Shown: one piece after another, positions 53,554 through 63,156 of the stretch
Layout: each line of letters begins with the position of its first letter
Numbering within the stretch: the first letter of the stretch is position 1
From: Chlamydiales bacterium
GTDB taxonomy: Bacteria > Chlamydiota > Chlamydiia > Chlamydiales > JAAZZY01
Length of the DNA stretch: 64,000 bases
Assembly: GCA_965206695.1 (NCBI GenBank)
Contig: CBDBKM010000011.1
Coordinates: 256,001-320,000, forward strand
Direction: 5' to 3'
Program-made: the position numbers and the translations under genes
The notes under the pieces: generated by a model
Seen by the model: the letters and a program-made list of their open reading frames with translations, nothing else
Told to the model about the DNA's origin: nothing
Databases searched by the model: none

Positions 53554-55524
53554 ATGGGAAACGGCATGTTTGGAAGACTCGGGACGGAAGCCCTGAAGCA
53601 TGATTATATTGAATATATAGCCGGCGTATCAATGCTCCTGGCTGCTATCTTTATTATCATATTGCTCACATACTTTCGTAAATGGAAATGGTTATGGAAA
53701 GAATGGATTACTTCCGTAGATCATAAAAAAATTGGAGTTATGTATCTTGTCGCTTCTTTTATCATGTTGCTTAAAGCTCTTGTTGATGCAGCTATGATGA
53801 GGGGGCAACAAGCTTTTGCTGCAGGCGATTCCTTTGGCTATTTAGGAGCTGAACATTTTCAGCAAATATTTACGGCCCATGGTGTGTCTATGATCTTTTT
53901 TGTAGCTATGGGACTGATCTTTGCTGTTATCAATTTAATTGTTCCCCTACAGATTGGAGCTCGTGATGTTGCATTTCCTTTTCTAAACTCCTTAAGTTTT
54001 TGGTTATTTGCTTCCGGATCCTTATATATTTATGTCTCTTTAGTTATCGGAGTTTTTGCAGGTACCGGTTGGACAGCTTACCCTCCCCTTTCCGGGCTAA
54101 AATATAATCCGGGAGTCGGTGTCGATTATTGGCTTTGGAGCATCCAGATTTCAGGGATTGGATCCTTAATCTCCGGTATTAACTTCTTTGTTACAATCTT
54201 AAAAATGCGATGTCCGGGGATGACCCTTATGAGAATGCCCATATTTGTTTGGGCAGCTTTTGCGACTATGATTTTGGTCATTTTCGCCTTCCCCGTATTA
54301 ACCGCAACTATTGGCATGCTTTCTACTGATAGATTACTTGATACGCATATCTTTACGTCTGAATTTGGGGGAAGCCCCATGATGTATGTTAACTTAATTT
54401 GGGCTTGGGGACATCCGGAAGTATATATCCTTGTTTTACCTGCTTTTGGGATTTTCTCCGAAGTCGTCCCTGTCTTTTCACAAAAACGTTTATTCGGTTA
54501 TACCACAATGGTATGGGCTATATTCGGTATCACCTTTTTATCTTTTATCGTCTGGTTGCACCATTTCTTCACTATGGGGGCAGGAGCAAATGTCAACGCT
54601 TTCTTCGGTATTATGACCATGATAATTGCAGTCCCCACCGGTGTGAAAATTTTTAATTGGATCTTTACCATGTTTAGAGGTCGGGTACAATTTACAAGCT
54701 CTATGTATTGGTTTTTAGGGTTTGTTGCCATTTTTACTTTAGGAGGTGTAACCGGTGTTTTAATGGCAGTACCTGCTATCGATTTCCAAGTACATAACAG
54801 CTTATTTTTGATCGCCCATTTTCATAATGTTATCATCGGAGGGGTTGTTTTTGGTCTCTTTTCCGGTTTTGCCTACTGGTTTCCTAAATTTACGGGTTTT
54901 AAACTAAATGAAACACTTGGGAAGTATGCCTTTTGGTGTTGGTTTATTGGATTTTTAGTGGCTTTCCTTCCCCTATACCTTTTAGGTTTCATGGGGGCCG
55001 GCAGACGTTTAAACCATTATGAAAATTTAGGCTGGCAACCTCTGTTTATCACTGCCGGCATCGGTGTTATTATAATACTCATCGGTGTTGGATTCCAAAT
55101 CTTACAAGTCTATATCAGCATTCGAAATCGAAACAAACACCGAGACACAACGGGCGACCCGTGGAACGGAAGAAACTTAGAATGGTCAACCACATCACCT
55201 CCTCCCTTTTATAATTTTGCAGTTATTCCTGAAGTTCATGGACGAGATGCCTTTTGGGCTGCAAAACAAGCAAAAACAACCGATAATACCCCCGTAAAAT
55301 ATGAAGATATCCATATGCCAAAAAATACATCTATCGGATTTTTTATCGGTGTATTTAGTTTCATTTTTGGCTTTGGATTAATCTGGCATATGTTTTGGCT
55401 TGCAGCCATTACAGGCATTGCGATGATTGTAGCTGTTATCAGTCGTCTTGCAGATAAAGACACCGATTATTATGTCAAAGCTGAAGAGGTAGAAAAAATT
55501 GAAAATAGGAAGCAAAACGCATGA
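53554..55524 (+). CDS. cyoB: Cytochrome bo3 ubiquinol oxidase subunit I
   Basis: WGHPEVY, WLHHFF and AHFH motifs. Confidence 0.97.
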   Translation: MGNGMFGRLGTEALKHDYIEYIAGVSMLLAAIFIIILLTYFRKWKWLWKEWITSVDHKKIGVMYLVASFIMLLKALVDAAMMRGQQAFAAGDSFGYLGAEHFQQIFTAHGVSMIFFVAMGLIFAVINLIVPLQIGARDVAFPFLNSLSFWLFASGSLYIYVSLVIGVFAGTGWTAYPPLSGLKYNPGVGVDYWLWSIQISGIGSLISGINFFVTILKMRCPGMTLMRMPIFVWAAFATMILVIFAFPVLTATIGMLSTDRLLDTHIFTSEFGGSPMMYVNLIWAWGHPEVYILVLPAFGIFSEVVPVFSQKRLFGYTTMVWAIFGITFLSFIVWLHHFFTMGAGANVNAFFGIMTMIIAVPTGVKIFNWIFTMFRGRVQFTSSMYWFLGFVAIFTLGGVTGVLMAVPAIDFQVHNSLFLIAHFHNVIIGGVVFGLFSGFAYWFPKFTGFKLNETLGKYAFWCWFIGFLVAFLPLYLLGFMGAGRRLNHYENLGWQPLFITAGIGVIIILIGVGFQILQVYISIRNRNKHRDTTGDPWNGRNLEWSTTSPPPFYNFAVIPEVHGRDAFWAAKQAKTTDNTPVKYEDIHMPKNTSIGFFIGVFSFIFGFGLIWHMFWLAAITGIAMIVAVISRLADKDTDYYVKAEEVEKIENRKQNA

Positions 55525-56135
55525 CAAGTACAGAAACCGTTGCACATGAAAATTATCCGGATCCTCACCATGATGTCTATTCCAAGACTATTTTCGGGTT
55601 CTGGGTGTACTTACTCACTGACTTCGTCTTGTTTGGTGTACTGTTCGCGGCCTATGCCGTATTACGTAATCATACTTTCGGCGGGCCTTCCGCTCATGAT
55701 TTATTCAACCTCTCTTTCACCCTAACTCAAACCCTTATCTTATTAGTCAGTAGTTTTATCATTGGACTCGCTAACGCTTGTGCTCATCGTAATAAAAGAG
55801 GATGGACCATTGGTTTATACATTATATCCTTTTGGCTGGGTCTGGCTTTTTTGGCGATGGAACTACATGAATTTACGTCCCTTGTCAAAGGAAATCATGG
55901 CTGGGATCAAAGTGCCTTTTTATCTGCATTTTTTACTCTTGTAGGTACGCATATCGCTCATATGATGTTTGCCCTGCTCTGGGTTATTGTTCTTATTATA
56001 CCTGTTTGTTACCACGGTATCAAACAGGTAAGTGTGAAAAGACTCACCTGTTTAAAAATGTTCTGGCAATTTCTAAACGTTATTTGGCTTTTTATATTCA
56101 CAATTGTCTATTTGTTGGGGGTAAATTTAATATGA
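55521..56135 (+). CDS. cyoC: Cytochrome bo3 ubiquinol oxidase subunit III
   Basis: FGFWVYL and SAFFTLVGTH motifs. Confidence 0.93.
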   Translation: MTSTETVAHENYPDPHHDVYSKTIFGFWVYLLTDFVLFGVLFAAYAVLRNHTFGGPSAHDLFNLSFTLTQTLILLVSSFIIGLANACAHRNKRGWTIGLYIISFWLGLAFLAMELHEFTSLVKGNHGWDQSAFLSAFFTLVGTHIAHMMFALLWVIVLIIPVCYHGIKQVSVKRLTCLKMFWQFLNVIWLFIFTIVYLLGVNLI

Positions 56136-56461
56136 TTGAAGCAGATCACAAATGGAATACAAGCTTTTTAGCTCCCGTCGCGGGTCTTATATTATCAGTG
56201 GGATTGACTTTAACCGCTTACTTTATTGTAGTTACACAGTCCTTAAGCGGCGGGGCCTTATCGGGAACGATTTTCAGTCTTGCTATCGTACAAACGTTAA
56301 TACAATTGTTCTTTTTCCTTCATATAGGTCTGGAATCTAAGCCTCGATGGAGTTTAATGACGTTTTTATTCATGGTACTGGTCCTCGCTATCATAATGGG
56401 AGGAACTATTTGGATAATGCATAGTTTAAACTACAATCTCATGGTAACGGATATGCATTAG
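56132..56461 (+). CDS. cyoD: Cytochrome bo3 ubiquinol oxidase subunit IV
   Basis: QLFFFLH and GTIWIM motifs. ATGA overlap with cyoC. Confidence 0.9.
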   Translation: MIEADHKWNTSFLAPVAGLILSVGLTLTAYFIVVTQSLSGGALSGTIFSLAIVQTLIQLFFFLHIGLESKPRWSLMTFLFMVLVLAIIMGGTIWIMHSLNYNLMVTDMH

Positions 56462-56483
56462 CTCGAAAATTGAGAACTAATTT

Positions 56484-56642
56484 TTAATTGCATTTACATT
56501 TACAGCCTGAACTACATGTGCAGCCCGGACCACAGTTGCATTCGCTTTGATTGCAATCTCTTAGTTTAGGGTTAGAACGCCCACAAGAGGCCAGTGCACA
56601 ACAACTAGCCAATACAATCAAAGACAAGATAATTTTTCTCAT
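56484..56642 (-). CDS. Small cysteine-rich lipoprotein (52 aa)
   Basis: MRK plus hydrophobic stretch plus LASC lipobox; AAGGGG RBS; 9 Cys in the 33-aa mature part. Confidence 0.7.
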   Translation of the reverse strand: MRKIILSLIVLASCCALASCGRSNPKLRDCNQSECNCGPGCTCSSGCKCKCN

Positions 56643-56674
56643 ATAAATCCCCTTATATTTTTCTAATAGTGTTA

Positions 56675-58442
56675 CCGACATTCCTAGACCTCTAAACAAG
56701 TTTTTCTAATTAAGCCATACATCCTCATTGCAGTCTTTCCAAACAAAACAATAATCTTTTTCCGAAGACGGGTTAAATTTGTGATCATTTCTTTACAAAT
56801 TCTCCGGGAAGTCTTCTGAAAAAAACGGATTATTCCGATACCTTCCATAATTTGGAAAATCCATCTTAATGTTGGATTTTTGACTTCCTTTCCTAATTGG
56901 TTGGGTAATGTCTCTTCTGTTTCTATCAATTTTTGTCGAAGTTGATATTGTCCGATATTATAAACCATTAAACACAATGTCATAACCATCATTAATGCTT
57001 CAATGCGTCGAGGGGTTTTTAAAAAAATAGAATCAACCATAAACCAAGGATCTTTTAAAAAGCGAAACCCTCCTTCAACCTTTTGCTGTTCTTTATATTC
57101 TTCTAACATCATCTCATCTTTATAATTTTCTCTATCGGTGTCATTCGCAGCTAAAATAAACCGTCCTTTTCTATTCATCAGTTTATTAATTTCTTCTTCT
57201 TCCCTTTCAAAGCTAGCATGAATCTTGTATCCAACAACTTGTTTTTCCTCTCCTTGTTTAGGTTTGCCTAATTTACCATATTTTAGAATCGGCAATATCT
57301 CACTATTCATGGAATATAAATGATTTTTTTTAGTCAATCTGCCCCAAGCTTTTTTAGCATCACTTTCGCATTTAAATTCCTCATTACCCAAATGCCAAAG
57401 TTGTTTCTTGAGCTTTTCTTCTGCCTTGGTCAATTTTTTTTCTAATGATTTTATCTCTCTCTGATAGGCTTGCTCTGAAAAAACCAAAAGCCATCTTTGT
57501 TTAATCCCTCCATAAAAAGAGGTGAAGCTGCATGTTTTATATCCTTTCTCCTGATCAATCCAATCAATTTCTTCTTCCGGTTTTTCTACTAATCTTTTTG
57601 CTTCTCCTATTATCTCGGGAACTCGGGTGAGCCATTTATAATCATTATTTTTTAAGAGCTTTTCTTTTGTGTATAACGCTGAATCGGCAACCCACTTAAA
57701 CTTTGTTTTTACATCAATCTGTTGTTGAAATTCACTGATTTTTTTGAGCGTCTCATGAAAACTTGCTTTATCAGAACTATTGCCGTCTAAGGCTTCCATC
57801 CATAGAGGCATAGAACTCGGACCATTGGTAACGAGAGAAAGTACAACTTGTTTCAAATCAGGTCTATGATCTTTAGAATAACCCTGCTTAATCTCAATCA
57901 CTTGCGGATCATCTTTCACTTCATACGACCCATGAACGGAAAAGCTTGTTGTGTCTAGATGATGAGTTTTTTGTAGTAAATCATGGTCTAGGGCTATTCC
58001 AAAAGAAACTTCAGCAAATAATTTACTGCTCCCATATTTCGCAATATCATCCAAAGCATGACCTAAAGTATAATCTGTGAGATCTTCTGCTCGAAGATCG
58101 TTGCCAAGTAAATTCTCTATCGATTTAGAAGCAAAAAATTGATGTGTTAGGTAGAGACGTCTATTAGTAAACCCTAATCCATTCAGAATCATTGCAATTA
58201 CTGCCTGTCCCGCACTTACTTTTCTGTGTGGATGATTTTTTAATCCGGTATCAATCCTTTCCGCTACTTTTAGATCGCTGCAAAGTGCTGCAATTAATCC
58301 ATGGTGATCCATGTTCACTGTTTGAATATTATCTCCTGCAACTTCCGGCATAACTTTTCTCCTTGTATCAAATAAAAAGTAACAGGATAGGCAATCTATA
58401 ATTCTAATTCAAAAAAAATATCTTACGGTCTAGGAATGTCGG
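56675..58442 (-). mobile_element. IS1634-family element with an open 555-aa transposase (56684-58351)
   Basis: Perfect 16-bp IR CCGACATTCCTAGACC, 6-bp duplication GTGTTA, and HLDTTSF, GYSKDHRPDLKQ, ADSALY and VEGGFRFLK motifs. Confidence 0.95.
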
Positions 58443-58554
58443 GTGTTAACAAAGATTTCTATTTTTTGCTAGCTCACAATATTCATTTGCATATAATCAA
58501 ATTTTTAGATACAGAATTATAATTCCCTTCTAAGAGCTCTTCTAAGGAATAAAA

Positions 58555-59436
58555 ATGGAAAGTTTATTAAGACCAAATCTTACACTCGTTCTCAGAAATT
58601 ATTTTGCATTAACAAAACCGGGTATTATTTTCGGTAATGCTATTACTTTTGCGGGAGGGTTTGCACTTGCTTCAAAAGGGCACCTAAACCCCCTATTATT
58701 TTTAGCAACACTTGTAGGCTTATCCTCCATCATCGCCTCAGCATGTGTATTTAATAATTATATCGATCGTGAGCTTGATGCTAAAATGGTAAGAACGAAA
58801 AATCGACCGCTTGTAAAGGGATTGATCTCGATAAGAAACGCCGTTATATTTGCCGTTTGTCTATTATTCTATGGTTCTTTTCTGCTGGCCGCCTATGTTA
58901 ATCTCTTAACGCTCACAGTAGCTCTCTTCGGTTTTTTTGTTTATGTGATTTTATATAGCCTATCTAAATATCACTCCGGCCACGGAACCTTGATCGGTAG
59001 TATTGCCGGAGCCGTTCCTCCCGTTGTAGGTTATTGCGCTCTTACCAATTACCTTGATTCAGCCGCATTTATTTTATTTATCATCATTGCCATGTGGCAG
59101 ATGCCACATTTCTTTTCTATCGCCATCTATCGCCTTGATGATTACGTTGCGGCATCTATTCCTGTTTTACCTATTAAAAAAGGCATGCTAGCTACTAAGA
59201 TTCACATGATGCTATATATTATAGCCTTTATTGTAGCTTCCGTCATGCTGACGGTATGTAACTATACAGGATATATCTATCTGACTGTTGCCGCCCTTTC
59301 GGGTGCTACGTGGCTTTGGATTTGTATTAAGGGCTTCACATGTGACAATGATAAGCTTTGGGCCAGAAAAATGTTTTTCGTCTCTCTTGTTATTGTCATG
59401 AGCGTTTGTATCAGCATTCCGTTTAGCGTTGTTTGA
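58555..59436 (+). CDS. cyoE: Protoheme IX farnesyltransferase
   Basis: LTKPGI, NNYIDRELDAKMVRTKNRPL and WQMPHF motifs. Confidence 0.96.
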   Translation: MESLLRPNLTLVLRNYFALTKPGIIFGNAITFAGGFALASKGHLNPLLFLATLVGLSSIIASACVFNNYIDRELDAKMVRTKNRPLVKGLISIRNAVIFAVCLLFYGSFLLAAYVNLLTLTVALFGFFVYVILYSLSKYHSGHGTLIGSIAGAVPPVVGYCALTNYLDSAAFILFIIIAMWQMPHFFSIAIYRLDDYVAASIPVLPIKKGMLATKIHMMLYIIAFIVASVMLTVCNYTGYIYLTVAALSGATWLWICIKGFTCDNDKLWARKMFFVSLVIVMSVCISIPFSVV

Positions 59437-59540
59437 AAAACCTGCTTATTTTTTAAGTTTGGATAACATTACAAAAACATACTCCCTTAAATATTGACTT
59501 AGTTCAATACGCTCTAAAAATTGATCCAAACACTTTTTTA

Positions 59541-59708
59541 AGACCCCTGCATAACTGACTTGATACTATTGTTTTAAAACTCACTGATTGTCTAAACGTA
59601 TTTTTCATTTATTTTGATAAATTTTATAATAAGCAGTTTTTTATTATGAGTGCAAAGCATCGCATAGGCGTCAAGAATCGTTGCCGGAAATCAGTTATGC
59701 AGAGGTCT
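59541..59708. repeat. 168-bp MITE
   Basis: IR AGACCCCTGCATAACTGA / TCAGTTATGCAGAGGTCT with a TTA duplication. A similar end occurs at 63101. Confidence 0.75.
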
Positions 59709-59746
59709 TTAACAAGATTTTCTTGGTCAAGTATTGGGTTTTCACC

Positions 59747-60631
59747 GAATCTATCCCACTAATTTATCTATCCAAAATTTAATCAGCGCCGGAGTTAAAA
59801 ACCCTTTCCAATACTTCATCTTTCTTTCCCAACGGATAACGACTTTTCGACACTTTCTTTGTAGCCATGAAATAGCTCTCTCTACTTGCCATCGTTTACG
59901 CTTTATCATCGCCCTAATTTTTTTAGGAGCTTTCTGTCCGGGCTTTTTTCGTCTACAAATCCATGGGAAAATACCCCTTATCAAAAGAACTTCTCGTAAA
60001 GCCTCTGAGTCGTAGCCTTTATTCGCTTCAAAAATAGGTATGAGATTACGATGCTTTCACCTATTTTGTATTCTATTAATCAAAGGGATTGGTTTATTTC
60101 CTCTCGTCTCCATGGACTCCTGTAGGGATAAGAGCAATAGGTGAGCCATATCCGTCTACAAGTAAATGTCCGGTAACTCCTTTTCCCTTATAGCCGTACG
60201 TAACTTCTTCTCCGCCACCCTTACCTCCTGAAAACAAACCCATCACCGGCTATTCGTTCCCAATTGAATAAGTTTTTCAATTCGGACAAGGATAATCCGG
60301 CACTTAGTATAGCATCCAAAGTCCCGTCCTCTTGCCAACACCCAACCGGCTATGAGAAGTGGTTCTTACTCCCCAAGCTTCACCTTTTGGGAGGTCGTAC
60401 CAACGACTACCTGTTATTAAAATCCAAAATATTGAATGGCATATCTTTCTCCAAGATGTATGAGGATATTCTTTAGATCTTTTCTCCGGTTTTTGAGGTA
60501 CTAATGGTGCTAAGAACGACCATTGACTATCTGTTAACCCTTCAAATTTAGACATTTTTTCTCCCCTTTCATAAATTATGAAAGGGGAGCATACCAAATA
60601 CAAATTTAAATTATATTAATGGGATAGGTTC
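59747..60631 (-). mobile_element. IS5-family (IS427-like) element, degenerate
   Basis: IR GAA(T/C)CTATCCCA(C/T)TAAT. Motifs LTDSQW, WILITGSRWYDLP, GYKGKG and RWQVERAISW, with frameshifts. Confidence 0.8.
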
Positions 60632-60833
60632 ATAAGAAATACTACAAAAGAACGTATGTAGTTAACAGTTTTACTTAGCTAGTTTTATTAACGACTGTAT
60701 ATTAAACAATTAAAAATAGGCCTATTCTTAATGTTATTATTATAAGTGTTTTGCGACACAAACAAACTATTTAATAAATAGCTTATTATTAGAGAAACAC
60801 ATAAATACCGGACAATTAATAAACTTTTTATAG

Positions 60834-60862
60834 TGGACAATTAATAAATTTTTAAATATAAT
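60834..60862 (+). promoter_or_regulatory. Sigma66/70-type promoter for the lipase-like gene
   Basis: TGGACA, 17 nt, TATAAT. Confidence 0.6.
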
Positions 60863-60908
60863 GTATTAATCATTTAAACAATAACAACTAATTAACAGGT
60901 AAAAGCTA

Positions 60909-63086
60909 ATGTTTTTTCCAAATCCTTCTATTCCGGGAAGTCTTATGCCGGAAACCATTTATTGTCGAGAAAACTCTTCTGATATTGAAATACCTCAAGC
61001 AGAAGTTGAAGAAGTTGCAGTTAAAGCTCGTCCTTTACAAAAAGGACGTTTAGGCCTGTGGTCTTGGCATCATGGTGAAGTAATGAGGCAAGAAAGGATC
61101 GCTAACACCATTAGAACTATTGACAGATTACAGGGTTTTTGTTCAAATTATCAAGGTGATTTAGAGGCATTAGAAGCTAGGGAGGGGGGATCGGCAGAAG
61201 AACGAGCAATCGAAAGGGAGAAAATCTATATAAAATATGAAAGACAAGCATATTCTCAATTGACCTTCTTTATGTCCCTACAAGAGCCGGATGTTTACAA
61301 AGATGCTATGGGGAGTTTGCTTTTACCTATGCCCAGAAGGATCCTTGCAAATAAGGCATTAGATAAAAATTCGAAGTATCAGACCTACTATCAACTGGAT
61401 AAAACCTTAGATATAGGGAAAGGGCTTGGTGGAGCAGGTGTAAAAGCTTTTGGTTTGGTAGGGATCGATCAAAAAGATCCCCCCATTCTATTATTTCATG
61501 GCACACATTTAAAAAAAATATGCTCATCTTCAGGTAGTGGTTCCACGCTTGTCATTGATACAGATACCGCCGGGATTGCAGCAGGGCATTTTAAAAAGAA
61601 CAAAGCTCGTATTCAAGAGTGGTTACAAAACCATACTACACCAAAAAATAAAGCAATAGTAGCAGGACAAAGTTTAGGCGGTGCTTTAGGGTTATATACA
61701 TCTGTCAATTTATCTCAATATGTCAAAGAAGCGAAAATCTTTCATTCTCCGAAAGTCAATAGAGACACTTTGGATAAATGGGAAAAAATTAGAGACAGAA
61801 CAGCACAAAGACATGTAAAATTAAACAATTCAAGAACACGACTGTCTGCATACAAACAAGAAAAAGCACGAATTGAAAAAATCCGAATTAACTCCACTTA
61901 TACTGATGACAATAAAATTAAGAAAATGAAACAAGTTGAAGAGAAGATTGCTAAACATACTAAATTAATAACTGAAAATAACTATAAACTCAGTGAAAAA
62001 GCTCTACATATCGAATGTTTCAATGCACCTCATGATTATGTTAGTAATTGTGTTGGAAAAGGCTATAAAATCGGGCAGCACTATACTTTAAAACCTTCCG
62101 GTAAATATGCCAATTATGGTCCTTTAAAATCTCATAGCACGGCGTTTTTTATAGTTGATAAAGATTTAGCTGTAGATAAGGTATCAGAGGAAGTCCTAAA
62201 CACTCATAATGAAACAGTAAAAAAGCATTGGAGAAGAAGATTTGCTAAGCGTTGCGCAAGTACCGCCGGAAGAGCAAGCGCTTATGTAGGTGTTGGATTA
62301 AAGAGGCTTTTATTTGGTTCACGTAGTTATAAGTCCTGTTGGGGACTTGGAAGGGATGGGTTAGTAGGGGCTCTTCCTCGCGCTATTTTAGAAGGAATCA
62401 AAGGTATTACAACACAAGATATGTCCTCTGAATCTTATAATAAAGTAAAAGATTTTCTCACTACACAGGAGCGTGAATTTTTAAAGAAGAAAGGGTGTGG
62501 AAGTACAGCCGGTCAGTATAAGGAGCTAAAATGCTATGTAATTAATGAAGCAGATAAGCAGTTTAAAAGTAAGGAGTTAACAATTCCTGAATTTTCTTGT
62601 ATATATTTAAGCCAAGCAATAGCTAAAGATAGATTATTTTCCGGAACAAAACCTCGACAAGTTCCTCTTAGGATTAAATTATTGGGTAAAGTTGCTCGTC
62701 TGGCTTTTGATAAAAAATTTACGGATAAAAATCATCCTATCCGGTTAAAAATGAAAACTTTTAACGATCAATTGAAAACTCCTGAACGGAAGAGTAATGC
62801 TTTGTATTACCGGTTTAATATGAAGGATTATTTTAAAGACTTAGAAAAATTTATAAAAGACTCATTGAAATTAAGTGCATCTGATGAATTACAATTAAGA
62901 CAGGCACTTAATGAATGCCATAAATATAGAAAAGCAATCGAAAAAATGAGAATCTTTAGAGCACACGATTGTTGGTACGACCCTAAACCAATTGAACTTA
63001 AAATAAGAGAATTTACCGACAACTGGATCCACGCAGAAACTCAAGGGGTGCTTTCTTCAAGACAACCGAGCGACACAGGCTTGTAG
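60909..63086 (+). CDS. Lipase class 3-like alpha/beta hydrolase domain protein, effector-like
   Basis: LLFHGT and AGQSLGGALG (GxSxG) motifs, F.SP, D.V and a later His; long basic extensions. Confidence 0.65.
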   Translation: MFFPNPSIPGSLMPETIYCRENSSDIEIPQAEVEEVAVKARPLQKGRLGLWSWHHGEVMRQERIANTIRTIDRLQGFCSNYQGDLEALEAREGGSAEERAIEREKIYIKYERQAYSQLTFFMSLQEPDVYKDAMGSLLLPMPRRILANKALDKNSKYQTYYQLDKTLDIGKGLGGAGVKAFGLVGIDQKDPPILLFHGTHLKKICSSSGSGSTLVIDTDTAGIAAGHFKKNKARIQEWLQNHTTPKNKAIVAGQSLGGALGLYTSVNLSQYVKEAKIFHSPKVNRDTLDKWEKIRDRTAQRHVKLNNSRTRLSAYKQEKARIEKIRINSTYTDDNKIKKMKQVEEKIAKHTKLITENNYKLSEKALHIECFNAPHDYVSNCVGKGYKIGQHYTLKPSGKYANYGPLKSHSTAFFIVDKDLAVDKVSEEVLNTHNETVKKHWRRRFAKRCASTAGRASAYVGVGLKRLLFGSRSYKSCWGLGRDGLVGALPRAILEGIKGITTQDMSSESYNKVKDFLTTQEREFLKKKGCGSTAGQYKELKCYVINEADKQFKSKELTIPEFSCIYLSQAIAKDRLFSGTKPRQVPLRIKLLGKVARLAFDKKFTDKNHPIRLKMKTFNDQLKTPERKSNALYYRFNMKDYFKDLEKFIKDSLKLSASDELQLRQALNECHKYRKAIEKMRIFRAHDCWYDPKPIELKIREFTDNWIHAETQGVLSSRQPSDTGL

Positions 63087-63156
63087 AACAACATAAATAG
63101 GGACCTCTGCATAACTTATATTTTAATCACAATTGAACCTTCAGGTGCCTTTTCAA

